From positions 64,001-128,000 of the forward strand of contig CAVWBU010000019.1 of the NCBI GenBank assembly GCA_963753345.1: DNA of 64,000 bases. The letters run 5' to 3'. The translations under genes and the position numbers were made by a program. Below the pieces are notes generated by a model. That model had not been told where the DNA came from. It searched no databases and saw nothing but the letters and a program-made list of their open reading frames with translations. Of the stretch, positions 40,995-50,687 are shown one piece after another. Each line of letters begins with the position of its first letter. The stretch's first letter is position 1. This DNA is from an uncultured Fibrobacterota bacterium. Its GTDB lineage: Bacteria; Fibrobacterota; Chitinivibrionia; Chitinivibrionales; FEN-1185.

Positions 40995-41981
40995 ACAATC
41001 CTCCAGACGTGAATGATTACCATGATGAGCAATAGTGCGGAAATTCCTGCACTCGCGAGGTAGAGCGGCCAGGCGATTTTCAACTCCACTTTAACGCCCG
41101 AAGGTGACGTATAGGTGCTGCTGCCAGTGAACAAAAACGCCAGGTACGAGCTGAACGCGGGCACAGAAACCAGGTTGAATGCTGTCAAGAATGGCGTGCT
41201 TCGACAAATTGGCGACAGAAAAATGATTGCAATTGCACCAGTCAGGCCGGTAACGAATCCCTTGAGCGAAAATGACCGGCCCGGAATGAAAGGCAGCAGC
41301 AGCGGCGAAAGGATCGTGCCGGTGAAAAGAGCGGTCAGTCCCGCTATGACGAGAGGCACAACACCCGATAGCGCTTGACGGTAAATAATACCGGTGCGTG
41401 TCATGCCAAATAGAACAGCGGCAAAGAGTAAAAAGAGCCCTACTTTTTCGAATGCGGGGAATCGTCTCCATGGGAACAAGTTTTGCACGATCAACGATTG
41501 AAAACCGCACCCGCCGCATCGCAGGACTCACGGTGCAGTTATTGTCAAGAAATGCCGGTATATCCGATGCGCGCACCGGGCCGAATTTTACCGAAAAGCC
41601 GCCGCAGGCCTTTTGCAGCTTTGATGCGGAAACACCGGATGCGCTCAGTTGCGGCAGAATGAGAGTTCGGTGTGAAATTATTGATGTAAGATTGCATGCC
41701 GAAAGCTGTTTGACTATTTCATTGGTGCAAAATGTGCCTTTTCCTGCGGCGCACCACACGTTGATGCCCTTTGTGTCAAGCACAAGGATCCAGGCGTTCC
41801 TTCCTGTCAATGAACTGCGCAATATGTTGAAGCTGAGACGGTAGTTGGCAGAAACGAACACCGGATCCGATTCCTTCGGGTCTCCGAGCGCGTAGAGGCC
41901 GGGATCAACGCGGTACCGCATGCGGAAGCGGTTGCTGAGGCGGCACATGATCGCGCCGAATTTGTCGGCAAACGAAAGCAT
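40991..41981 (-). CDS. hgcA: mercury methylation corrinoid protein HgcA (extra C in a C4 run at ~41457; true start may be 42043)
   Basis: [19 protein letters not shown], cap helix [25 protein letters not shown]; after the indel a multi-TM domain with [16 protein letters not shown]. Confidence 0.93.
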
Positions 41982-42032
41982 GGTGGTGATCTGCTTCGCT
42001 TGCGGTTTGGAACCGCAGCCGTTGGGCTGCTA

Positions 42033-43086
42033 TTATTTGGCATTGGCAGGATATCCTTTGCTTGAACTTGAGAGCGACATTTACAAGAGCGATCATAACC
42101 GGGACTTCGATGAGGGGGCCGATCACCGCAGCGAACGCCTCCTGCGAGGCAATGCCGAACACGCCGACAGCAACGGCAATGGCGAGCTCGAAGTTGTTGC
42201 TTGCAGCGGTGAATGAGAGGCTGACGGCCTCGTTATAGTTGATGCCCAGTCGCCGCGTGGCAAACATCGATCCGAAAAACATGATGAGGAAATATACCGC
42301 CAGGGGAATTGCTACTCTCACCACGTCAAGAGGCAACGCGACAATGGTTTTCCCTTTGTATATGAACATGACGAGGATCGTAAACAGCAGCGCCACGAGC
42401 GCGACAGGCCCAATGCGCGGCATGAATTGTCCGGTATACCATGGCGTGCCTTTGATGGGTTCGACGATCATGCGTGTGGCGAATCCGGCGACAAACGGGA
42501 TCCCAAGATAAATGCCGACGCTTATGGCCACGTCCTTCATGGAAACATGAACTTCGCGTCCGGCAAGCCCGAAGAGCGGCGGAAGCACGGTGACGAACAG
42601 CCATGCATACAGAGCGAAAAACAAGACCTGGAAAATTGCGTTGAAGGCCACCAGCGCCGCGGCGTATTCGCTGTCGCCTTTCGCAAGGCTGTTCCACACG
42701 ATCACCATGGCGATGCATCGCGCAAGGCCGATGATGATGACGCCGGTCATGAGGTGCGGCTGGTCGCGCAAAAAGATGATGGCCAGGCAGAACATCAGGA
42801 TAGGCCCCACTACCCAGTTCTGGACGAGCGAAAGCGCCAGCGCTTTCTTGTCCGTAAATACGCCGCCGATCCGCCGGTAATTCACTTTGGCAAGCGGCGG
42901 ATACATCATGACGATAAGGCCGATGGCGATGGGAATGGAGGTGGTGCCCACGCTCAGGCGCGACAGCGCAACGGAAGCCGAAGGAAACAGCCAGCCGATG
43001 GCGACGCCGAGCGCCATGGTACAAAAAATCCACAGCGTGAGGTAGCGGTCGAGGAAGGAGAGGCGCTTTTCGGGCACTGCCGGCAT
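42033..43086 (-). CDS. acr3: Acr3-family arsenite efflux transporter (extra base at ~42054)
   Basis: [49 protein letters not shown]; correction gives 350 aa ending QRYPANAK. Confidence 0.93.
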
Positions 43087-43114
43087 AGTGTTCCTCTTTG
43101 TCATGCTTGCAGGA

Positions 43115-43816
43115 TCAAAATGAATAAAAAAGGTACATTGCTGTCGCAATCAGCAGGAGCCCAGCGGCAGTCCTGACGATTTTTTCCACCTTTTGCAGCC
43201 GTACAAGGTTCTTGCCGAAAGAAAGTCCGAAAACGAGCGCCGACAGAGGAACACTAAAACCGATGGCATAGGCGAAAAGGTTAGTCAAAGCCCATGCAGT
43301 GTGTTTCTCAAGCACAGCGGCGCCGAGAATAATAAAAATGCCGGGATTGCACGGCAGGGAAGTCACGACAATGGTACCGCCGAAAATCATGCCGGAAAAA
43401 CCGGAAACCAAGGTTCTCGACTTATTCCCGGATGTTATGAAAGGGAGTTTCGGGAATGCAAAGGGAAATAACCGGAGCGATGCGATGCCGAATAAGAGCG
43501 CGATGGAACCCCCGGCAATTTTCCAATATTCGCCGGAAACCCGAATAGCCGTTTGTCCGGAAAAAATGATTACCGATCCTATTGCCATCAGTGCGGCAAC
43601 CGCTCCGGCTATAAATAAAAGCGCGGATTGCAATGCTTTTTGCCGGTTATCATCCTGAATAAGGGAATATCCCGCAACAGCGCCCACGAGCGGCAATGTG
43701 CAGCATGCGCTTGCGATTACGCTGAGAATACCCAAAACAAATGAAAATGCAATAGACACAGGACCGTAGCCGGCGCTGTTGAGCATCGATTTGATTGCGG
43801 CAATAGCTTCCTGCAT
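43115..43816 (-). CDS. CcdA/DsbD-like transmembrane electron-transfer protein
   Basis: About six TM helices with cysteines in SACCTLP and [16 protein letters not shown]. Confidence 0.7.
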   Translation of the reverse strand: MQEAIAAIKSMLNSAGYGPVSIAFSFVLGILSVIASACCTLPLVGAVAGYSLIQDDNRQKALQSALLFIAGAVAALMAIGSVIIFSGQTAIRVSGEYWKIAGGSIALLFGIASLRLFPFAFPKLPFITSGNKSRTLVSGFSGMIFGGTIVVTSLPCNPGIFIILGAAVLEKHTAWALTNLFAYAIGFSVPLSALVFGLSFGKNLVRLQKVEKIVRTAAGLLLIATAMYLFYSF

Positions 43817-43839
43817 TGAGATCGTCTCCTTATGAATTG

Positions 43840-44484
43840 TTATTTACAAACGCGATTCCCTCCCGCCGGGCAGCATCCGGATGGCTGCATTGCAGCGATA
43901 CATGCCTGAAGGAGGTTTGTTCGGGTGATATTATTTCCTGCCACTGCGCGCATGCCATGACCCTTGACTACAACAATCACGCCTGGAGAAGGAACCTGGG
44001 TGCTCAAGGACTCGAATTCGGGACTTCCGGCTGTAAGCTGGAATGCACCCATGCGCATGCCCTTTGCCGTAATTGTGGCCGCAGCATTGCCGATTTCCTG
44101 GGTGATGGCTTTCGTTTTCTCCGCCTCACTCTTCACCATAAGGATGAAGACCCCGTCAAAGTTGGCCGCTAAGGTATCAAGTGACGCAAAAGACGGCAGC
44201 ATGGCGAATAAAATCGATTTCCCGGTATCCCCGGCTCCCGATGTCGAATCTGTTTTTACCGGTGCCACAGATTTAAGGGAAAGTGCTGATGCATAGTTAG
44301 AAGCTGCTGGCGTTTTTGCCTGACGGGATTTGCGTACAATGGAGCTGGCCAGCACGGCACCGGCGCAAATGATAATAACGGCGAGGAGGATGACCTTTGT
44401 ACGCCGGGAAAGTCCTTTTTCAGTCTTACATGCGCAATCCGGGCCGCATTGCTGTGATTCCGGCTGCTCTGTTTTGTTTTCCAC
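43840..44484 (-). CDS. membrane-anchored hypothetical protein with Cys-rich termini
   Basis: N-terminal CGPDCAC, one TM helix, C-terminal SGCCPAGGNRVCK. Confidence 0.7.
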   Translation of the reverse strand: MENKTEQPESQQCGPDCACKTEKGLSRRTKVILLAVIIICAGAVLASSIVRKSRQAKTPAASNYASALSLKSVAPVKTDSTSGAGDTGKSILFAMLPSFASLDTLAANFDGVFILMVKSEAEKTKAITQEIGNAAATITAKGMRMGAFQLTAGSPEFESLSTQVPSPGVIVVVKGHGMRAVAGNNITRTNLLQACIAAMQPSGCCPAGGNRVCK

Positions 44485-44942
44485 TAAATGCCACCTTTTT
44501 TTTGAGGTTTATCCATGATATTGTCCGGTAACTCTTCCACAAATTTTCTGATTTCATCCCGCACACGCCGGTAATGTGGTAACGCTTCATTCTCTGATTT
44601 TGCGAGTTTCGCAAGGCTGGGCGGGTCGTCAAAACCGACGTGCAACCGTTTCACGTTCCCTGGAAAAATCGGGCATGATTGATTTGCCTGGTCACATAGG
44701 GTTATCACGAAATCGAAAGGAATATCCATCAATTCGCGGACATGCTTTGACCGCTGTTTCGAGATGTCAATGCCAGCCTCAGCCATGACTTTGATCGCAA
44801 GTGAATTCACACCGTGAACTTCAACGCCGGCCGAATACGGCTCCATAAGCTCACTCTTGAGTGCCCGCGCAAAACCTTCGGCCATCTGGCTGCGGCAGGA
44901 ATTGCCGGTGCAGAGGAAAAGGATTTTCAGTTTGGTCGCCAT
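44484..44942 (-). CDS. arsC: thioredoxin-coupled arsenate reductase (LMW-PTP fold)
   Basis: FLCTGNSCRSQMAEG, ITLCD..CPIFP, FDDP, RRVRDEI. Confidence 0.93.
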   Translation of the reverse strand: MATKLKILFLCTGNSCRSQMAEGFARALKSELMEPYSAGVEVHGVNSLAIKVMAEAGIDISKQRSKHVRELMDIPFDFVITLCDQANQSCPIFPGNVKRLHVGFDDPPSLAKLAKSENEALPHYRRVRDEIRKFVEELPDNIMDKPQKKGGI

Positions 44943-44943
44943 A

Positions 44944-45327
44944 TTACTTGCACCGCTGCATTTTACATAAACTTGATGGATTCTGTTTTGTTATTCTTGC
45001 CAAATCTTTCTGGTCTCTGATAACTATCTCATCTTTTTCCGATGCCGGCAAGACCCATTTCAGGGCGCTGCGAACCGCCGCGGTCATATCCTTGTCTTCC
45101 GGAAGCCGGTAAAACATCCACCTTTCTTCCTTGCGGCCTGCGACAAGTCCGGCCTGTTTGAGCACGGACATGTGCTTGGAGACAGTTGACGGGGCAAGGC
45201 CAAGCAATTCGATGATCTGGCACACACACAGCTCACCGCCGCGCAATGCCGCCAAGGCTCTCAAGCGGTTTGTGTCGGATAAGGCTTTTGAAATTATGAC
45301 GATGTTGTTCAAAGCATAACTCCGCAT
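44944..45327 (-). CDS. arsR: ArsR/SmtB metalloregulator
   Basis: KALSDTNRLR, ELCVCQI, STVSKHMSVLKQAGLV. Confidence 0.92.
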   Translation of the reverse strand: MRSYALNNIVIISKALSDTNRLRALAALRGGELCVCQIIELLGLAPSTVSKHMSVLKQAGLVAGRKEERWMFYRLPEDKDMTAAVRSALKWVLPASEKDEIVIRDQKDLARITKQNPSSLCKMQRCK

Positions 45328-45591
45328 TCAGGAGCAGCAGGATTGCTTCTGCTCGCAGGGGGATACATGCAGATGTTTGTTCGCAAGATCAAGAATATTT
45401 GAAGCCGACGCCTCTTTAACCATCTTCCCGGTCTCAACCGCCTTCACCATATCGCCTTCCGATATGCCCAGCTTTCGCGACTTGTCGTAGTGATATTTGA
45501 AACAGGGTTCGCAATTGCAGGCAATAGCGGCTCCTATGGCTATAAGTTCCTTGACTTGCGGATTTATCAGGCTCGCTTCATCATTTGCCAT
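45328..45591 (-). CDS. carboxymuconolactone decarboxylase/AhpD-like protein
   Basis: KELIAIGAAIACNCEPCFKYH; C-terminal CC. Confidence 0.85.
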   Translation of the reverse strand: MANDEASLINPQVKELIAIGAAIACNCEPCFKYHYDKSRKLGISEGDMVKAVETGKMVKEASASNILDLANKHLHVSPCEQKQSCCS

Positions 45592-45635
45592 TGTAAGACC
45601 TTTCTACATCAGATCATTCATTTCAAGAGTAATTC

Positions 45636-45684
45636 TATATTTCGTCACACAACGAAATATATTGCATCCCAAAACATAGTGCAA
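45636..45684 (-). promoter_or_regulatory. sigma70 promoter with overlapping ArsR-type operator for the cmd-arsR-arsC...acr3-hgcAB unit
   Basis: Minus strand TTGCAC-17 bp-TATATT; perfect inverted repeat TATATTTCGT-N6-ACGAAATATA (45636-45661). Confidence 0.75.
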
Positions 45685-45912
45685 GACTTTTGATTATGCT
45701 TCACTATTTCGCGGCTTCAATTCGCTAAAATGACCATTTTACGCGAAACTCAATTCTGTGATGTGCAGGTCTTGAACCATAATCAGATTCTTTATGTCCC
45801 AAGAAAGCAATATATCTGCCGGTGAATAGAAGATTCCGTGAATCATGAAGTACATTGAAGTTATTCACTACGAGTACTTTTCTTGCTCGGGCTGGTGTTT
45901 GTATTCCTGAAA

Positions 45913-46290
45913 TCAACCCTTCGCATGAATCAACGACCGAACAGTGGTTACGATCCGTTCGATATGCTCCTGTGTTACGGGTGTGGTCCCCTTTTGCACA
46001 CCCAGATCGGTAATCGTGATATGCGTAAAACCGCTCACTCCAGCGGCCTCAAGGATTTTCTTTGCGCAGTGTACCGTGCAACCATCAATGGCTATGGCAT
46101 TACCGCCCGCAGCTTTATATTTATCAATCAGCGCCGCGTCACCGATAGCAATCTTGGTAAGGCAGTTCATATTAACATCACCGGAGGAGTCCAGCAACCG
46201 GGTGATTTTATCGGCAAATTCTCCGGCATTTGACGCGCCGGAACAGGAAACGGCGCGGAATATCGGCCCACTGTTTTTAACATCATTCAT
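45913..46290 (-). CDS. DGC-domain putative zinc-binding protein
   Basis: CSGASNAG, MNCL, IAIDGCTVHCAKK. Confidence 0.88.
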   Translation of the reverse strand: MNDVKNSGPIFRAVSCSGASNAGEFADKITRLLDSSGDVNMNCLTKIAIGDAALIDKYKAAGGNAIAIDGCTVHCAKKILEAAGVSGFTHITITDLGVQKGTTPVTQEHIERIVTTVRSLIHAKG

Positions 46291-46322
46291 AATGCCTCCT
46301 GATAATTGGCAGCGTGGTTACC

Positions 46323-46544
46323 CTAGGTCTTTGTAAACTTGCTGATAACTTTCCGTAAAGGTTTCGACAACAGCATCATGATCGGCAACGCAACTACATA
46401 TGCCACAATCCAATTGTGCATCCACGCAGAAAAGCGTATGGAAAACCCTGCATTAATGAAAGAATTTACGCCAGTCATAATAAAGGTCATGGCGCCGACC
46501 ATTACGACCGCGAACAACGCATTGGCTTGTTTTTGAGTGAACAT
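46323..46544 (-). CDS. DUF2798-like small membrane protein
   Basis: 73 aa, two TM segments, W...W.VAY.VALP. Confidence 0.65.
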   Translation of the reverse strand: MFTQKQANALFAVVMVGAMTFIMTGVNSFINAGFSIRFSAWMHNWIVAYVVALPIMMLLSKPLRKVISKFTKT

Positions 46545-46552
46545 ATGGGCTA

Positions 46553-47251
46553 TTATATTCCGAAATACAATCCGAAATTATGTTTGAGGATAAGAAATAT
46601 TCCTACCAATAGCATCACTGCCGCGGTGATGCGCCGCACCCAGATTTCAACGGCGGTCAGCTTTTTAAAGGCAATGCCCACCAAATGCGCGCCAAAGGCA
46701 AGCAGGAGCGCGAATCCGATGACCGGCAGCGCGGTTCCGATGCCGTAAAGACTCGACAAAACCACGGCGTTGCCTTTTATTGCAAGCGGAATAAGACCCC
46801 CAAAAAACAAGCCGGCCGAGACCGGACAGAAGGCGAGCGCGAAGAGTATCCCCAGTAAACCTGCGCCCCATACTCCCATGCTGTCGATCCGGGCCTGGAG
46901 CCTGTTTCCTATGCCGCCGCCAAAGCTGAATTTCCATATGTCAATTAACAGCAGTCCGACAACGAGCATGAGCGGGCCGATAAAAAGGTTCATGTACTTT
47001 TGAAGAAAGTTCGAAACGCCGGGAATCGAAAGAAGGCCTTTTGTCACGATTATTGCCACGACAAGGTAGGCCAGGCTGCGTCCGAGGGTATATAACAGCC
47101 CGGCAATGAGAACCCAGCGGGTTTTTTCAACCCGCCGTCCGACATAGGAAATGGCGGCGATATTGGTCGCGAGAGGGCAGGGGCTGATTGAAGTGAGTAT
47201 TCCCAGCCACAACGCCGCCCCCATTTCGATAAAGGCCTCGTTCACAGGCAT
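46553..47251 (-). CDS. ArsG-like (CcdA-fold) organoarsenical efflux permease
   Basis: WLGILTSISPCPLATNIAAISY, YTLGR, FALAFCPVSAGLFFG, YGIGT. Confidence 0.75.
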   Translation of the reverse strand: MPVNEAFIEMGAALWLGILTSISPCPLATNIAAISYVGRRVEKTRWVLIAGLLYTLGRSLAYLVVAIIVTKGLLSIPGVSNFLQKYMNLFIGPLMLVVGLLLIDIWKFSFGGGIGNRLQARIDSMGVWGAGLLGILFALAFCPVSAGLFFGGLIPLAIKGNAVVLSSLYGIGTALPVIGFALLLAFGAHLVGIAFKKLTAVEIWVRRITAAVMLLVGIFLILKHNFGLYFGI

Positions 47252-47754
47252 TTCCCTTCAAGGCAAGCCCGCACTTCCTTGCGGATGTACTCCATGTATT
47301 GGGTCTGGTCGCCGACAAGCGTCCAGATCTGGTCGAGGTTTTTCCATGATGATTCCTTCCGTCTTTCCGGGTTGAAACAATCACCGATTTCGTGTAGAGC
47401 TTGTAGTCATTTGTAAAGTGCTCGTTGCCCTGGCTCTTCCACATTGACGGTTTTCCATTCCAGCTTTCCATCCTTGATTGCATTGGCGAAATCGGTTTCC
47501 ACCACGGATTTGGCGAAGTTTTCCAGTTTGTAGCAGGTAGGGCAGCGGGCGTTGCCGTGGAAATAATAAACCACGATTTTAGTATTTGCCGCTTCTGGCA
47601 TTGCCGTCACAGCTTTTGTCGAATCGGTTTTTGCCGTTGCGGTTTGTTTTGAGGTTGCTTGTTTTTGCGGTTTGGGCTTGCGCACGCATTACATGCTATC
47701 AAAAACAGAAACAGCAAACATTCCACAGAAGCATGCGCATCGGAGAAATTTCAT
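47242..47754 (-). pseudogene. ArsF-like secreted thioredoxin-fold protein, broken by three or more indels (pseudogene or read error)
   Basis: Pieces in different frames: signal peptide; VYYFHGNARCPTC; NEHFTNDYKLYTKSVIV; WKNLDQIWTLVGD..YIRKEV. Confidence 0.7.
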
Positions 47755-47774
47755 GTACCTTTTTCCTTTCCGTG

Positions 47775-48854
47775 TTACAAAACGTTAAACGAGAAGACGA
47801 AATTGAATAAGAAGCCTACCAAGAGAATTCCCGTTCCCACAACAGCAATAAAAGTTGCAATGAGCGTTGGCTTCAGCACTTTGCGCAAGATAACCATTTC
47901 CGGCAACGACAATCCGATCACCGACATCATGAACGCCAGCACCGTGCCGAGTGCGGCTCCTTTTGAAAGCAGGGCCTCCACAATGGGAATGATCCCCGCG
48001 GCATTGGAATACATGGGAATTCCTATGAGCACTGCAAGCGGCACGGACCACCATGCATGCGCGCCCATGATCTTGGCCATGAGTCCTTCCGGAACCCACC
48101 CATGAATGGCGGCCCCAACCATGATACCCGCAACGATATAGGGCCAGACCTTGACGACAATGTCTTGTACCGCCTGCCAGCCGGCATCGATGCGGTTCAC
48201 CCACGTCAGTTTTTGCGATGCAACAGCACCTCCGTTCATTCGCATGTCGTAAACCCATCCCTCCACATGCTTTTCCATACGGAGCTTTCCAATCACAATG
48301 CCGGCTGCAAGCGCGATTGATAACCCGGTTGTCAGGTAGAGCGCCGCTACTTTCCAGCCGAAAAGCCCGAAGAGCAGGACAAGCGCGATTTCATTCACCA
48401 TGGGTGCGCAGACAAGGAAGGAAAAGGTCACGCCCAGCGGCACACCCGCCTGCACGAACCCGATAAAAAGCGGGACCGCCGAACAGGAACAGAATGGCGT
48501 GACAACGCCGAGCAATGCGGCAAGAATGTTCCCGACAACCGTCTTCTTGCCCGCTAAAATCGCGCGCGTCTTCTCCGGAGTAAAGAACGACCGCACGATC
48601 CCGATGCCGAACACAATCAGCGTAAGGAGCAAGATCACTTTGGGAGTTTCGAACAGGAAAAACGCCAGGGCGTCGCCGAGATGCGTCCCATGCGCAAGAT
48701 TGAATATCGTATAGGTGAGATATTCTGAAAACCGCTTCAGCACCGAATAGACCAATACCCAGAATATCAGAAGTCCCGATATCATCGTTATTCTTACTGC
48801 GAGGGGATTCTTGGAAAATGTCACGATTACCTTCTTCTCTTCAGTAACATTCAC
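47775..48854 (-). CDS. arsP: ArsP-family permease (DUF318)
   Basis: TPFCSCSAVPLFIGF, PMVNE, GIPMYSNAAG, GLSLPEM. Confidence 0.8.
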   Translation of the reverse strand: MNVTEEKKVIVTFSKNPLAVRITMISGLLIFWVLVYSVLKRFSEYLTYTIFNLAHGTHLGDALAFFLFETPKVILLLTLIVFGIGIVRSFFTPEKTRAILAGKKTVVGNILAALLGVVTPFCSCSAVPLFIGFVQAGVPLGVTFSFLVCAPMVNEIALVLLFGLFGWKVAALYLTTGLSIALAAGIVIGKLRMEKHVEGWVYDMRMNGGAVASQKLTWVNRIDAGWQAVQDIVVKVWPYIVAGIMVGAAIHGWVPEGLMAKIMGAHAWWSVPLAVLIGIPMYSNAAGIIPIVEALLSKGAALGTVLAFMMSVIGLSLPEMVILRKVLKPTLIATFIAVVGTGILLVGFLFNFVFSFNVL

Positions 48855-49084
48855 GAAATCATCGTTTTCAATTCGTCCGGTTTTGGAATGCGACCGGCGA
48901 CTTTCACCTGGCCGTCAACGGCAAGCGCCGGTGTCGACATCACATTAAACTTCATGATTTCAATGATGTCGTCCACTTTCGTCACCTCGGCCTCTATGCC
49001 GAGTTCTTTGGCCGCTTGTTGCGCTGCCTCGTAGAGTTTCCTGCATTTGGGACATCCTGTCCCGAGAATTTGCAGTTTTTTCAT
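48851..49084 (-). CDS. small redox-active disulfide protein (MTH895/ArsE-like)
   Basis: ILGTGCPKC, VMSTPALAVDG; GGAGG RBS before MKKLQ. Confidence 0.88.
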   Translation of the reverse strand: MKKLQILGTGCPKCRKLYEAAQQAAKELGIEAEVTKVDDIIEIMKFNVMSTPALAVDGQVKVAGRIPKPDELKTMIS

Positions 49085-49100
49085 GAGGGCCTCCTGTTTA

Positions 49101-49268
49101 TTATTCGTCAAGATGAGATTTCATTCCCATGATCGTACCAGCCTCTATTTTTGAGCGCATCTCACGCAGAAACGCAAGCGCTTCCTCTTTGTCTTTGTCG
49201 ACCACGATCATTTCCAATCGCATCATTTCCTGTTTTGTCAGAGTGACGACCGTTGGTTCGTTTCCCAT
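49101..49268 (-). CDS. 55-aa hypothetical protein
   Basis: Below the ORF-track cutoff: MGNEPTVVTLTKQEMMRLEMIVVDKDKEEALAFLREMRSKIEAGTIMGMKSHLDE; AGGAG RBS; fills the operon gap. Confidence 0.6.
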   Translation of the reverse strand: MGNEPTVVTLTKQEMMRLEMIVVDKDKEEALAFLREMRSKIEAGTIMGMKSHLDE

Positions 49269-49274
49269 GCAACG

Positions 49275-50072
49275 TTACTCCTTGTGGCCCCCGAGGCCGC
49301 CGCAGATTTCAACAAGCGCATCCTTGAGGTGGCCATGAGTTCCGCCGAAAACAGGTTTACATTGCGTAAGGGCAATCTGGCCGCTCCAGAGCCGCAGCGC
49401 AAAAGCCATGCACATCCGTTCGCCGCATTCGCCGCAATTTATCTTCGGCAGGCGGTAGTAAATTTCCAGCGCAGGAGGGCGCCTGCGGAGTTTGTTGGAT
49501 GGCGTGATGGCAGCCCTGTTCTGCCAGCACTCATTGAAGCGCACCCGCAGCATTTCAAGGACCCGCCACGTATCGACGATATCGTCGGTTTTTGCCATAG
49601 CCACGCGATGCGGATATAGTGCGAGCATCCGGTGACCGTCCATGAACGTGAACGTCTGGCTATGTTCATGGTAAAAAGCCTCACGCATCAGTGAGTTCAT
49701 GTAGGGAAAAACAGGGGACAGATTGCCGGAAAAATGCGCTGTCGCCCGCAGTTTTGTCAGGTCTGCTGTGCAAGGCTGTAACACCATGATCGCCACGTTA
49801 CCGAAAACATCATCGTCGAACAGGGGCGGATTGTTTTCCGGAACATCACAGGAAGATTGACGACAGTCGACCCAACCAGAGGTAATAAACGCGCCCTGAC
49901 CGCCGCCCAGGAGTTTGCCGCGGTCTTCTTCTTCAATAACAAGTGCGGGAAGGCCGACGCGGGAAAATCCCTGACCCGGCATTATGATACTATGCTGCAG
50001 GGGCACTTTTTCCAGTACATGCCTTGCTTTTTCGAATTCCCCGGCAGAAGGGAATGTGGTCAAGATTTTCAT
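49275..50072 (-). CDS. putative Fe-S-binding protein with N-terminal extra domain
   Basis: LQPCTAD, PYMN, LYP..VAMAK, C-terminal LPKINCGECGERMCMAFA..QCKP. Confidence 0.75.
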   Translation of the reverse strand: MKILTTFPSAGEFEKARHVLEKVPLQHSIIMPGQGFSRVGLPALVIEEEDRGKLLGGGQGAFITSGWVDCRQSSCDVPENNPPLFDDDVFGNVAIMVLQPCTADLTKLRATAHFSGNLSPVFPYMNSLMREAFYHEHSQTFTFMDGHRMLALYPHRVAMAKTDDIVDTWRVLEMLRVRFNECWQNRAAITPSNKLRRRPPALEIYYRLPKINCGECGERMCMAFALRLWSGQIALTQCKPVFGGTHGHLKDALVEICGGLGGHKE

Positions 50073-50124
50073 TTCCAGCTACCTTGAATAAACATTTGTG
50101 ATAGTGCCGATGGCCGTGGTTCCA

Positions 50125-50245
50125 AGAGAAACCCCCGCCTATGGCGGGGGAGCTGGACGGCTACATAACGGCACAGGTGCCGTTTCTTTTTTCGCGGCCT
50201 ATGGGCCGCTTCAAAAAGCCACCGCCTATGGCGGTGGTCGTTTAC
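50125..50245. mobile_element. candidate non-autonomous IS200/IS605-type palindromic element
   Basis: Four consecutive perfect hairpins; outer two CCCCCGCC-TAT-GGCGGGGG and CCACCGCC-TAT-GGCGGTGG. Confidence 0.45.
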
Positions 50246-50320
50246 TCTTTTTCCTGCGCATTGCGGTCCATTTGTTGCCGTTTGGCCAAAGAGCCAATTA
50301 ATGTAACAAGCAGAAGGACC

Positions 50321-50638
50321 TCATGTGAAAACCATCTGCGATTCTACTTTCTTCTTCAATACCTCATTGACACAGGTAAAGAAATTCAGAACGCATTTCA
50401 TTTTCAAGGTGTAATAAATGCTTGTTCCGCGTTTTTCAAAACCGACAATTCCGGCGTTCTTCATGATTGAAAGATGCTTGGAAATCGTCGAAACGTCTGC
50501 CCCAACCATTTCCGTCAACTCGCACACGCATTGCTCTCCCTTAGCCAGTTCATGCACGATAAAAAGCCGGGTTGGATGAGAAAGAGCCTTCATGATTTGC
50601 GCTTGCGCTTCGAATCTGACTAAATCGGTTTTATCCAT
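50321..50638 (-). CDS. arsR: ArsR/SmtB metalloregulator (second)
   Basis: KALSHPTRL, GEQCVCEL, STISKHLSIMK, CVLNFFTC. Confidence 0.9.
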   Translation of the reverse strand: MDKTDLVRFEAQAQIMKALSHPTRLFIVHELAKGEQCVCELTEMVGADVSTISKHLSIMKNAGIVGFEKRGTSIYYTLKMKCVLNFFTCVNEVLKKKVESQMVFT

Positions 50639-50687
50639 ATTTTTTCCTTTCACTGCAAATACGACAGAAAACTTCACTTATTGTGGC

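Noticed and set aside
41981-42060. Selenocysteine-containing N-terminal extension of HgcA
   Set aside because: The upstream in-frame stops are TAA/TAG; no in-frame TGA is present.
41905-43149. Acr3-HgcA fusion or 414-aa extended Acr3
   Set aside because: Removing one base at ~42054 gives a normal 350-aa Acr3 ending in TAA TAG before hgcA.
45725-45916. 63-aa ORF between the DGC gene and the internal ars promoter
   Set aside because: TTG start, no recognisable motif, AT-rich; not supportable as a gene.
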